Below, one piece after another: positions 27,544 through 39,230 of a DNA stretch of 64,000 bases. The DNA comes from Mobula hypostoma (taxonomy: Eukaryota). The notes under the pieces are model-generated. The model saw only the letters and a program-made list of their open reading frames with translations, searched no databases and was not told the DNA's origin. Where the stretch lies: the NCBI RefSeq assembly GCF_963921235.1, contig NC_086108.1:113586001-113650000 (forward strand), in the 5' to 3' direction. How positions within the stretch are numbered: position 1 is the stretch's first letter; every line of letters begins with the position of its first letter. Both the position numbers and the translations under genes were made by a program.

Positions 27544-29141
27544 AACTGAAGGAAGAGTGAGTAAGGGATTTGAAAGCTGGAGGGGGAGGGGGAGATGCAA
27601 AATGATAGGAGAAGACAGGAGGGGGAGGGATAGAGCCGAGAGCTGGACAGGTGATAGGCAAAAGGGGATACGAGAGGATCATGGGACAGGAGGCCTAGGG
27701 AGAAAGACGGGGGGGGGGGTGACCCAGAGGATGGGCAAGAGGTATATTCAGAGGGACAGAGGGAGAAAAAGGAGAGTGAGAGAAAGAATGTGTGCATAAA
27801 AAGGAGTAACAGCTGGGGTACGAGGGGGAGGTGGGGCCTAGCGGAAGTTAGAGAAGTCAATGTTCATGCCATCAGGTTGGAGGCTACCCAGACGGAATAT
27901 AAGGTGTTGTTCCTCCAACCTGAGTGTGGCTTCATCTTTACAGTAGAGGAGGCCGTGGATAGACATGTCAGAATGGGAATGGGATGTGGAATTAAAATGT
28001 GTGGCCACTGGGAGATCCTGCTTTCTCTGGCGGACAGAGCGTAGATGTTCAGCAAAGCGGTCTCCCAGTCTGCGTCGGGTCTCACCAATATATAAAAGGC
28101 CACATCGGGAGCACCGGACGCAGTATATCACCACAGTCGACTCACAGGTGAAGTGATGCCTCACCTGGAAGGACTGTTTGGGGCCCTGAATGGTGGTAAG
28201 GGAGGAAGTGTAAGGGCATGTGTAGCACTTGTTCCGCTTACAAGTGCCAGGAGGGAGATCAGTGGGGAGGGATGGGGGGGACGAATGGACAAGGGAGTTG
28301 TGTAGGGAGCGATCCCTGCGGAATGCAGAGAGAGGGGGGGAGGGAAAGATGTGCTTAGTGGTGGGATCCCGTTGGAGGTGGCGGAAGTTACGGAGAATAA
28401 TATGTTGGACCCGGAGGCTGGTGGGGTGGTAGGTGAGGACCAGGGGAACCCTATTCCTAGTGGGGTGGTGGGAGGATGGAGTGAGAGCAGATGTACGTGA
28501 AATGGAGGAGATGCGTTTTAAGAGCAGAGTTGATAGTGGAGGAAGGGAAGCCCCTTTCTTTAAAAAATGAAGACATCTCCCTCGTCCTAGAATGAAAAGC
28601 CTCATCCTGAGAGCAGATGCGGCGGAGACGGAGGAATTGCGAGAAGGGGATGGCGTTTTTGCAAGAGACAGGGTGAGAAGAGGAATAGTCCAGATAGCTG
28701 TGAGAGTCAGTAGGCTTATAGTAGATATCAGTGGATAAGCTGTCGACAGAGACAGAAAGATCTAGAAAGGGGAGGGAGGTGTCGGAAATAGACCAGGTAA
28801 ACTTGAGGGCAGGGTGAAAGTTGGAGGCAAAGTTAATAAAGTCAACGAGTTCTGCATGCGTGCAGGAAGCAGCGCCAATGCAGTCGTCGATATAGCGAAG
28901 GAAAAGTGGGGGACAGATACCAGAATAGGCACGGAACATAGATTGTTCCACAAACCCAACAAAAAGGCAGGCATAGCTAGGACCCATACGGGTGCCCATA
29001 GCTACACCTTTAGTTTGGAGGAAATGGGAGGAGCAAAAGGAGAAATTATTAAGAGTAAGGACTAATTCCGCTAGACGTATCATTTTGCATCTCCCCCTCC
29101 CCCTCCAGCTTTCAAATCCCTTACTCACTCTTCCTTCAGTT

Positions 29142-29177
29142 AGTCCTGACGAAGGGTCTCGGCCTGAAACGTCGACT
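29142..29177 (+). ncRNA. Minimal hammerhead ribozyme in the inverted pLTR
   Basis: AGTC-CTGACGA-AGGGTCTCGGCCT-GAAACGTC-GACT. Confidence 0.85.
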
Positions 29178-30384
29178 GCGCCTCTTCCTATAGATGCTGC
29201 TTGGCCTGCTGCATTCACCAGCAACTTTGATGTATGTTGCTTGAATTTCCAGCATCTGCAGAATTCCTGTTGTCTACCCCAGTACAATGGTTTGATCTGC
29301 ATAAACAGTATGCAAGACAGACACTAATAAACCAATACCAACCAGCGATCAGGGTCCAATTCCCACTGCTGTCTGTAAGCTCTTTGTATGTTCTCCCCAT
29401 GAGCGCATGGGTTTCCACCGAATGCTCTGGTTTCCTCCCACATTCCAAAGACATACAGTTTAAGGTTGGTAAGTTCTGGACATCCTATAATGGTGCCCGA
29501 TTGTGTGGCAATACCTCCAGCTGTCTTCAGCATATCCGCAGACATGACAAATAAAGCTAATGTTTAATTTTAAATACCAAAACCAAGATTAGTGAGAGTA
29601 GATATGAAAAGGCTTTTGTAGAATTGCACAGAAATATGCCAGCTGGCCGTCAGCTCTGTGCCAATTCTTCTTAAGTATTATTATTAACTACCTACATTTT
29701 ACACGAGCCAATTTGCCGACGAGCTGGTACCATCTGCCCATATCCCTCTAAACCTTTCCTATCCTCTACCTGTCTGAACGTCTTTAAATGTTGTAATTGT
29801 ACTTACCTCAACCACTTCCCCTGGCGGCTCATTTCATTTACTCACCACCCTCTGGGTGAAAAACCTACCCCTCAGGCCCCCTTTAAATCTTCCCCTCTCA
29901 ATTTAAACCTGCACCCTCTAGTCCTAGACTCTCCTACACATTGGGAAAAAGACTGACCATTTACCCTATCCTTCCCCTCCGTAAGGTCATCTGTCAACCT
30001 CCTACACTCCAAGGAGAAGGGTCCCAACCTATCCATTTCTCTCCTACCTCAAGTCCTCCAGTCCATGTAAGTCCCATCCTCCACTCCATTTTCCCAATTA
30101 TCAGTGTTTTATTCCTCTCTCTGTATGCTAATCTAGCTTCCTGTTACAAGTATCAACGAGTTCTATTCCAAAGTCACCTATAAGGACTCTAGGTGCCCTC
30201 CCTGTGAATGCATGAATTTCCACCGGGTGCTCTGGTTTCCTCCCACAAACCAAAGACATTTTGGTTAGTAGTTTAATTTTTCATTGTAAATTGTCCTGAT
30301 GTTACGCTGGTGTTAAATCGGTGGGGTGGCTAGTGCTGCGGCTCAAAAAGCTAGAAGGGCCTACCTGCGTTGTATCACTAAATA

Positions 30385-30831
30385 CAAGGGGTGATTGATA
30401 AGTCCATGACCTAAGGTAGAAGATGATGAGTTATTAACTTCAAACTTTCTGCACTATCGCTCAAGGAGTTGAAATGCACGTGCATGTAATGAGAACATCT
30501 TGGACCTGCAGGTGGTCCATAGCAGGGGCGATTGATAAGTTTGTGGCCTAAGGTAGAAGGAGATTAGTTATACAGCTCTTGTTACATGCACATGCAGTTC
30601 AACTTTGAGTGAAAATGCAGAAAGTTTGAAGTTACCTTTGGCCACAAATTTATCAATCACCCTCGCTGTGGACCACTTCTGGAGGTCCAAGACGCCGACG
30701 TCTACAAAGAAGGGATCCGTATGCTCCACGACCGCTGGACTAAGTGTGTAAATGTAGGAAAAATAAATGTGCTAGGTTTTCTAAAATTGACTCCTTCTAC
30801 CTTAGGCCACAAATTTATCAATCACCCCTCG
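30385..30831. mobile_element. Mariner-derived MITE with duplicated internal TIR copies
   Basis: TA flanks; TIR c(a/g)aggggtgattgataa...cctaaggtagaag at both ends; transposase C-terminal remnant YKEGIRMLHDRWTKCVNVG at about 30700-30760. Confidence 0.85.
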
Positions 30832-30924
30832 TAAATAAACTATGCCATCCAGGACAGAGTTCCACATTCTCTGGGAAAGGACATACTATCCCTCTTGCAT
30901 TCAGAATTCCCTCCACAAATAGAA

Positions 30925-31260
30925 CACACGAGAATCTGCAGATGCTGGAAATCCAGAGCAACACACAGACACACTGCTGGAGGATCTCAGCAGGTCGGGC
31001 AGCATCTACGGAAATGAATGAGCAGTCAACGTCTTGGGCCGAGACCCTCCATTGGGACTGGAAGGGAAGGGGGAAGAAGCCGGAATAAGAAGATAGGGAG
31101 AGAGGAAGGAAGTCAGGCTGGAAAGTGATAGGTTGAGGGAGTGGGGAACGAAGTTGAGAAACTGGGAGGTGATAGATGGAAAAGCTAAAGGTCTGAAGGA
31201 GGAGGAATCTGGTAGGAGAGGAAAGTGGCCCGTGGGATAAAAGCAAGGAGGAAAGGCTCC
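30925..31260 (-). mobile_element. Penelope pLTR fragment just upstream of ASB17
   Basis: gagaatctgcagatgctggaaatcc tail, degenerate hammerhead at about 31022-31060, purine-rich pLTR body. Confidence 0.75.
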
Positions 31261-31394
31261 TCAAATAGAAACATTTTTTCCTCAATTTCCTCCATGAAGG
31301 CGCTTCATGTTTGAAGATATTTTCTTCTGTGACCTAATAGGCTATGTTATGTAACAAAAGGGAGATGTCACAATTTCTATGAGACCTTTAGGAG

Positions 31395-31846
31395 ATGCGA
31401 CCTACTGTAAGGGATAGTCGGAGCTACAACGCTACTTTCTGCAGTTGTCCTGAGGGCATGGCTAACAAAACTGAGAGGTGTTCTAAAGAACTGGACACAC
31501 CACCATCTCTGTTTGGGGAGCTTCTGGAGAAAGTGGCAGCCAGAAGGATACTAGATCCAGTGTATCACCAGTGGGAGCCACTCGTTTACTACTCACTGTC
31601 ACAGGTCCTCCGGCATATTGACACCCTGGGATTTGATTCCCTCCTCTCCGATTATATTGCATTCATCCACAGGACCAGTAACAAAAGGTGCTCTGTGTTC
31701 TACCAGGAGTACACAGACATCTGCATCAACACCATCCTCTACTGGCTGTTCGCCCGTAAGGCCAGTATACCACTCGTGCACAAACTGCTGGAGAGGACCA
31801 TCAACTATCTGGGAGACAGCAACAACTACTTGGCACTAATCTGCAG
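31395..31846 (+). CDS. ASB17: ASB17 (ankyrin repeat and SOCS box 17) coding exon 1; start at ATG 31395 or at better-Kozak ATG 31458 (ggcATGG)
   Basis: Peptide YHQWEPLVYYSLSQVLRHIDTLGFDSLLSDYIAF...TDICINTILYWLFARK...LALICR resembles the recalled mammalian ASB17 N-half (YHCYEPRIY..DGFDALLTDYIAF..ICVNTILYWVFARKG). Ends AG|GTAATT donor, phase 2. Confidence 0.9.
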
Positions 31847-32035
31847 GTAATTCACTGGACTATTTTAAGATAACTAAGGGCCAGGTTTAGTAACATAGAA
31901 AACCTACAGCACAAACCTTTGCTGAACATGTCCTTACCTTAGAAATGACCTCGGGTTACCCAAAACTTCATAAAAACTGGGTCAACAACAGTGCAGTGCT
32001 CCCTCACTATAACAGATATAAACTGCCTTTCTACA

Positions 32036-35000
32036 TAGAATAGTACAGCACAGTACAGGCCCTTCAGCCCACAATGTTGTGCCGACCCTCAAACCCTGCC
32101 TCCCATACAAGCCCCCACCTTAGATTCCTCCATATACCTGTCTAGTAGTCTCTTAAACTTCACTAGTGTATCTGCCTCCACCACTGACTCAGGCAGTGCA
32201 TTCCACGCACCAACCACTCTCTGAGTTAAAAACCTTCCTCTAATATCCCCCTTGAACTTTCCACCCCTTACCTTAAAGCCATGTCCTCTTGTATTAAGCA
32301 GTGGTGCCCTGGGGAAGCGGCGCTGACTATCCACTCTATCTATTCCTCTTATTATCTTGCACACCTCTATCATGTCTCCTCTCATCCTCCTTCTCTCCAA
32401 AGAGTAAAGCCCTAGCTCCCTTAATCTCTGATCATAATGCATACTTTCTAAACCAGGCAGCATCCTGGTAAATCTCCTCTGTACCCTTTCCAATGCTTCC
32501 ACATCCTTCCTATAGTGAGGTGACCAGAACTGGACACAGTACTCCAACTGTGGCCTAACCATAGTTTTATAGAGCTGCATCATTACATTGTGACTCTTAA
32601 ACTCCATCCCTTGACTTATGAAAGCTAACACCCCATAAGCTTTCTTAACTACCCTATCCACCTGTGAGGCAACTTTCAGGGATTTGTGGACATGTACCCC
32701 GAGATCCCTGTGCTCCTCCACACTACCAAGTATCCTGCCATTTACTTTGTACTCTGCCTTGGAGTTTGTCCTTCCAAAGTGTACCACCTCACACTTCTCT
32801 GGGTTGAACTCCATCTGCCACTTCTCAGCCCACTTCTGCATCCTATCAATGTCTCACTGCAATCTTTGACAATCCTCTACACTATCTACAACACCACCAA
32901 CCTTTGCGTCATCTGCAAACTTGCCAACCCACCCTTCTACCCCCACATCCAGGTCGTTAATAAAAATCACGAAAAGTAGAGGTCCCAGAACAGATCCTTG
33001 TGGGACACCACTTGTCACAATCCTCCAATCTGAATGTACTCCCTCCACCACCACCCTCTGCCTTCTGCAGGCAAGCCAATTCTGAATCCACCTGGCCAAA
33101 CTTCCCTGGATCCCATGCCTTCTAACTTTCTGAAGAAGCCTACCGTGTGGAACCTTGTCAAATGCCTTACTAAAATCCATATAGATCACATCCACTGCAC
33201 TACCCTCATCTATATGCCTGGTCACCTCCTCAAAGAACTCTATCAGGCTTGTTAGACACGATCTGCCCTTCACAAAGCCATGCTAACTGTCCCTGATCAG
33301 ACCATGATTCTCTAAATGCCTATAGATCCTATCTCTAAGAATCTCTTCCAACAGCTTTCCCACCACAGATGTAAGGTTCACTGGTCTATAATTACCCAGA
33401 CTATCCCTACTACCTTTTTTGAACAAGGGAACAACATTCACCTCCCTCCAATCCTCCAGTACCATTCCCGTGGACAACGAGGACATAAAGATCCTAGCCA
33501 GAGGCTCAGCAATCTCTTCTCTCGCCTCGTGGAGCAGCCTGGGGAATTTTCCATCAGGCCCCGGGGACTTATCTGTCCTAATGTATTTTAACAACTCCAA
33601 CACCTCCTCTCCCTTGGTATCAACATGCTCCAGAACATCATCCTCACTCATATTGTCCTCACCATCATCAAGTTCCCTCTCATTGATGAATACTGAACAG
33701 AAGTATTCACTGAGGACCTCGCTCACTTCCACAGCCCCCAGGCACATCTTCCCACCTTTATCTCGAATCGGTCCTACCTTCACTCCTGTCATCCTTTTTT
33801 TCTTCACATAATTGAAGAATGCCTTGGGGTTTTCCTTTACCCTACTCGCCAAGCCCTTCTCCTGCCCCCTTCTTGCTCTTCTCAGCCCCTTCTTAAGCTC
33901 CTTTCTTGCTTCCCTATATTCCTCAATAGACCTATCTGATCCTTGCTTCCTAAACCTCATGTATGCTGCCTTCTTCCACCTGACTAGATTTTCCACCTCA
34001 CTTGTCACCCATGGTTCCTTCACCCTACCATTCTTTATCTTCCTCACCGGGACAAATTTATCCCTTACATCCCGCAAGAGATCTCTAAACATCGACCACA
34101 TGTCCATAGTACATTTCCCTGCAAAAACATCATCCCAATTCACACCTGCAAGTTCTAGTCTTATAGCCTCATAATTTGCCTTTCCCCAATTAAAAATTTT
34201 CCTGTCCTCTTTGATTCTATCCTTTACCATGAATTATAAAGGCCAGGGAGCAGTGGTCACTGTCCCCCAGATGCTCACCCACTGAGAGATCTGTGACCTG
34301 ACCTGGTTCATTACCTAATACTAGATCTAGTATGGCATTCCCCCTGGTCGGCCTGTCCACATACTGTGACAGGAATCCATCCTGGACACACTTAACAAAC
34401 TCTGCCCCATCTAAACCCTTGGAACTAATCAGGTGCCAATCAATATTAGGGAAGTTAATGTCACCCATGATAACAACCCTGTTATTTTTGCACCTTTCCA
34501 AAATCTGCCTCCCAGTCTGCCCCTCTGTATCTCTGCTGCTACCAGGGGGCCTATAGAATACCCCCAATAGAGTAACTGCTCCCTTCCTGTTCCTGACTTC
34601 CACCCATATTGACTCAAAAGAGGATCCTGCTACATTACCCACCCTTTCTGTAGCTGTAATAGTATCCCTGACCAGTAATGCCACCCCTCCTCCCCTTTTT
34701 CCACCCTCTCTATCCCTTTTAAAGTACTGAAATCCAGGAATATTGAGAATCCATTCTTGCCCTGGTGTTAGCCAAGTCTCTGTAATGGCCACTACATCAT
34801 AATTCCATGTATGTATCCAAGCTCTCAGTTCATCACCTTTGTACCTGATGCTTCTTGCATTGAGGTACACACATTTCAGCCCTTCTACCTTACTGTCTTT
34901 ACACCGTTTACTCTGCTTCTCTTTCCTCAAAGCCTCTCTGTATGTTAGATCTGGCTTTACTCCATGCACTTCTTTCACTGCTCTATCGCTCTGGGTCCCA

Positions 35001-35337
35001 TCCCCCTCGTAAATTAGTTTAAACTCTCCCGAACCACGCTAGCAAACCTACCGGCAAGGATATTGCTCCCCCTCGAGTTCAGGTGCAACCCATCCAATCT
35101 GTACAGGTCCCACCTTCCCCAGAAAAGATCCCAATGATCTAAAAATCTAAAACTCTGCTCCCTGCACCAACTCCTCAGCCACGCATTCAACTGCCATCTC
35201 CTCCAATTCTTACCATCACTGTCACATAGCACTGGCAGCAATCCTGAGAATGCCGCCCTTGAGGTCCTGTTCTTCAGCCTTCTGCCTAGTTCCCGAAACT
35301 CACACTTCAGGACCTCATCCCTCTTCCTGCCTATGTC
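32036..35337 (-). mobile_element. Near full-length CR1 LINE (ORF1 esterase-like C-end plus ORF2 EN-RT) in ASB17 intron 1
   Basis: ORF1 QLNAWLRSWC..FLDHW..DGLHLN (35014-35241); [47 protein letters not shown]. One frameshift and two stops. Confidence 0.95.
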
Positions 35338-35389
35338 GTAATATTGTCAATACTCAATATATTACAATATCCTGATATTGTAATATTCC

Positions 35390-36150
35390 CATGGCAGGGC
35401 AATGAAGTAAGAGGCTGGGAGGTGATAGGTGAAAAAGGCAAAGGGCTGCAGAAGGAAAGGAAAGGAGGAGAGGCACGAGCGGAAGGTGAGAGACAGGTGA
35501 GAAGGGAAGGGGTGAAAGGGGAGACAAAGTACAGAATGGAGAAGGGGAAGGGGGAAGTAATTACCAGAAGTTAAAGAAATCAATGTTCGTGCATCAGGTC
35601 GGAGTCTACCCAGATGGAATCTAAAATGTTGCTTTGCCAACCTGAGTGTAGCCTCAATGTGACATTACAGGAGGCCATGGGCAGACATGTTGGAATGGGA
35701 ATGGGAAGTCAAATTGAAATGGTTGGCCACTGTGAAATTATGCCTATTGTGGCGGATGGAATGAATAAGGTCAACGACGCAGTTGCCCAATCTATATCGT
35801 GTCTCACCAATGTAGAGGAAGTTGCACTCGGGGCACTGAATGCAGTAGATAAGGCTGAGAGATTTAGAGGTGAAGTGTCACCTCACCTGGAAGGACTATC
35901 TGGGACCCTGAGTGGTGCAGAGGGAGGAGGTGATGCGTCAGTTGTGGCACCTGTCACAGTTGTAGGGATAAGTGCCAGGAAGGAGCTCAGTGGGAATGGA
36001 TGAGTGGACGGGGTAGTCAAGGATAGAGCAATCCCTGCGGAAAGTGGACAGCAGGGGGAAGGGAAAGGTATGGTTAGTGGCAGGATGGTGGAAGTTGTAG
36101 AGAGTTTTGGGCTGGATGCAGAGGTTTGTGGGGTGGTAGATAAGGACGAG
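35390..36150 (-). mobile_element. Penelope-like fragment, degraded
   Basis: KQHFRFHLGRLRPD..IDF GIY-YIG C-end, colinear with 27850-28440. Confidence 0.8.
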
Positions 36151-36690
36151 AAATGGCAACGGGAACATACAGTGAAATGCATCATTTGTGTTAATGACCA
36201 ACACAGTCCGAGGATATGCTGGCGGCAACTGCAAGTGTCACCATGTTTCCAGCACCAACACAGGATGGCCACAACTCACTGAACCTAACTCATATGGCTT
36301 TGAAATGTGGGAAGAAACTGGAGCACTTGAGGAAACCCCACACAGATTCAAGAACGTACAAAGCCCTTACAGATAGTGGCAGGGCTCGAACCCTGATCTT
36401 AGAGCTGGCACAGCCGTAGTATTACACTAACTGCGACACTACTTGGCCACCCTTAACTGAGAGTGTTTGCTGAAGCTTCTCTGTACTGCTTGTTTAGTCA
36501 TGTTTGCTTATAGTGCCATGTTTCCACAAAGAGCACTCACTCAAAACCAGCTACATGGTAGCCAACACTGTTCTGTTGGGCTTTCCAATGTGGATATTCA
36601 GCCTCCTGACAGAGGCATAAATTACTAGCCACAGCCACCACTTCCTTCAACAATCTGTTTTCAGCCATGTTTTTTATTTTATTTCTATAT

Positions 36691-37574
36691 TGTCATGTGA
36701 CTGGCAACAATGAATATAGAAATGAGTCAGGTTTTATAAACAAACATTTATTAAACTCTGCTCAATATTAGTAAAAAGATAAACAAATGAAAACCTTAAC
36801 CGGAAGTAAACTGCTATGCGGCCACTTAACAAACCGCCAAACTCAGTACTAGTTCTTAAAGCGGTAAATGTGAACACAGTATTAAAGTGGTAAATTGGAA
36901 CACAGTTCTTAGAATGGTAAATTTGAAAGTCCAAGAGATTTATGCAGTCAATTAGGAGAGACTTTCCTGAAGTAAAGAATTCCTCGAAGACTTGACGTTG
37001 CTGCTGATCCCAGCCGGAACCTGCCTTGTCCGCAGGATTCACGACAACGGAAATAAAACGGTTTAAAGGAACTGACCTTTTCCTCTGTAGAATACACACT
37101 GCACAACCTTTTCTGCTTTAGCAGAGGTTATTTCATGCAGGTCACTCTTTCTTGAATGAAAATTCAATAATGGTCGATCCTCTCCAATACTGCTGAACGA
37201 TATCGGCTTTACTCGACTGCTTCAGGATCCGTACCTTAGTTATGTCCTCACTCTCCAATACTACTGAAAAGGTACACCAACAAAGCTGGCAGCTATTGTT
37301 GAAACTGCCGGCCAAACACTTCTGTACCTTACAATAGAAAGTAAAACTCCGTTCTAAAACTAAACTGTGTCATGGGACAAATACATAGCATTTGCGGAGT
37401 ATCTGACTGACAATTTAAACTGAAACTCACTGCGTCACCAGGGGTCTACCCTTATATACCTGGTGAGAACAGGTCATCATGTGACCTCACTGGTGGGAAA
37501 ATTACATCATGTGACCTCTGCAAGACCATTACATCATCCTAAGACAATCACAAGATACCATGAGGAATGTAACA
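36691..37574 (-). mobile_element. Solo LTR (884 bp)
   Basis: TGTCA...TAACA termini; 4-bp TSD ATAT; minus-strand TATATAA near 37453 and AATAAA near 36748; repeated catcatgtgacctc. Confidence 0.8.
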
Positions 37575-38749
37575 ATATTTTGTTTTGCCATGTCATTAAT
37601 AACTTCCCTCCTATAATGCAATTTGATGTAATGTACTTAAAATCCCTAGGCTGTTTGCTTGTGTTTCATACCCTAAGGTGAGTTGCTGTTGGAAAATTGG
37701 TTATTTTTATTTTAGAAGTACAGGCCTTCTGGCCCAACGAGGCACACTATTCAGCAACCCACCCACTGAACCTAGCCTAAATGCAGGACAATTTACAATG
37801 ATCATCTAAAGTTACATTTTTGGACTTTGGGAGGAAACCCACACAGTCATGGGGAAGGCGTACAAGCCTTTCACAGACAGCGCCGAAAGTTAACTGCGAC
37901 GAGTCGAACATAATAATGTCACGCTAACGGCAGTGTTAACGTGGCGCTCAAAATCTCGTAATCTGGGACATACAAACATAATGATGCATTCCAGCTGTTT
38001 CTCTGAGAGTCCAATCAATGTAATGAAAAACCCACCTGAAGACTCCGACATGGGAGAGTGGGTCCACAGTTTATTCTGCAGCTGAGAAGGAAGCTTTTTG
38101 CTTTGACTTCCAGTTTGAGAAGTACTGTATGTAGGAGTGCAGCGTTACATTGATGTTGGAGTAGGTTAACAGATTGGCAGAACATCATAGGCTGAAGTGC
38201 CCATACTGTGCTGTACCACTCTCTGTTCTGTGTTGGAAGTTCTATGAAAGGGATAGAATTCCTCCTGTTTTTAACCACCTCCTGTAGATTAAGTGGACAT
38301 CCAGAGTCCTACTCCCAGGTGGAAAATGGCTAATATAAGAGTGCATAACTCTAAGGTGATCTTAGGAAAGTATAGGGGGAGGATGTCAGTGTAGTTTTTT
38401 TTACACAGAGAGTGGGAGGTGAGTGGAATCTGCTGCCGGGGTGATGGTAGAGGCAGATACATTAGGGACATTTAAGAGGCTCTTTGATAGACACATGGAT
38501 GAAAGAAAAGTGGAGAGCTATGTGGGAAGGAATCAATAGATTGATCTTAGAGTATGTTAAAAGGACCTGTAACAGTCCTGATGAAAGGTCCCAGCCCAAA
38601 GCATCCTGTTCGTTTCTCTCCATAGATGCTGCCTGACCTGCAGAGGTCTTCCAGTATGCCCTCAGCATGTCCCACATCACATTTTGCCCCATCTATAGCT
38701 TGTCTTTATATGATTATTACTATGAGATACTGCTTAATGTCATCTGTTA

Positions 38750-39230
38750 CCTCACAATACTGAGAAGGGCAGTACTGTGTCAGGTATACACTGCTGGTAG
38801 GAAGGCAATTCTGAGCTAGTGCTGATGGAGGGACAGTACTGAGGCAGGGTCACACTGTGGGATTGACAGTACTTGGCAAAACATTGGGTATATTTAAGGC
38901 AGATAGATTCTTCACTAGTCAAGGCATGAAGAGATACTGGGAGAAGGCGGGACATTGGGGTTGAGAGAAAGAATGGATCAGCCATGATGAAATGGCAGAG
39001 CAGACTCGATGGCCTAAATCTGCTCCTACATCTTCTGGTCACACTGTTGGGGGGAGCAGTACTGAGGGAGGTTACACTGTGGGACAGGCAATACCAAGGG
39101 GGAGTCACACTGTGGGAGGGACAGTAATAAGGGACGAGCGTAACTGAGTGAGGGCCACACTGTAGGAGGGGCAGTACTGAGGGTCACACTGTTGGAAGGG
39201 CAGTACCCTGGAGTGCTGTACTGTCAGAGG
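38750..39230. repeat. Degenerate short-unit repeat (cagtactgag...cacactgt), interrupted by a CR1 3' fragment
   Basis: Multiple copies of gcagtactg/acagtactg and cacactgtggga. Confidence 0.6.

Larger units (their letters stand above)
27449..29272 (-). mobile_element. Penelope-like retroelement, 5'-truncated, with RT plus GIY-YIG and inverted pLTRs
   Basis: RT GVAMGTRMGPSYA..LRYIDD (28457-29075); GIY-YIG VIYCVRCSRCGLLYIGET (27838-28605), frameshifted relative to RT; 159-bp inverted repeat 27449-27607 / 29078-29236; 13-bp TSD TCTACCCCAGTAC. Confidence 0.93.

Noticed and set aside
28457..29302. 281-aa ORF as a novel RT fusion protein
   Set aside because: Its N-terminal ~75 aa are the antisense reading of the inverted pLTR joined to a truncated RT, with no real start.
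36734..37099. ORF starting MCILQRKRSV resembles the ST6GALNAC3 N-terminus (MACILKRKSV), the expected syntenic neighbour
   Set aside because: It starts at GTG, lies wholly inside a TSD-flanked solo LTR within an ASB17 intron, and lacks the following transmembrane segment. Likely coincidence.
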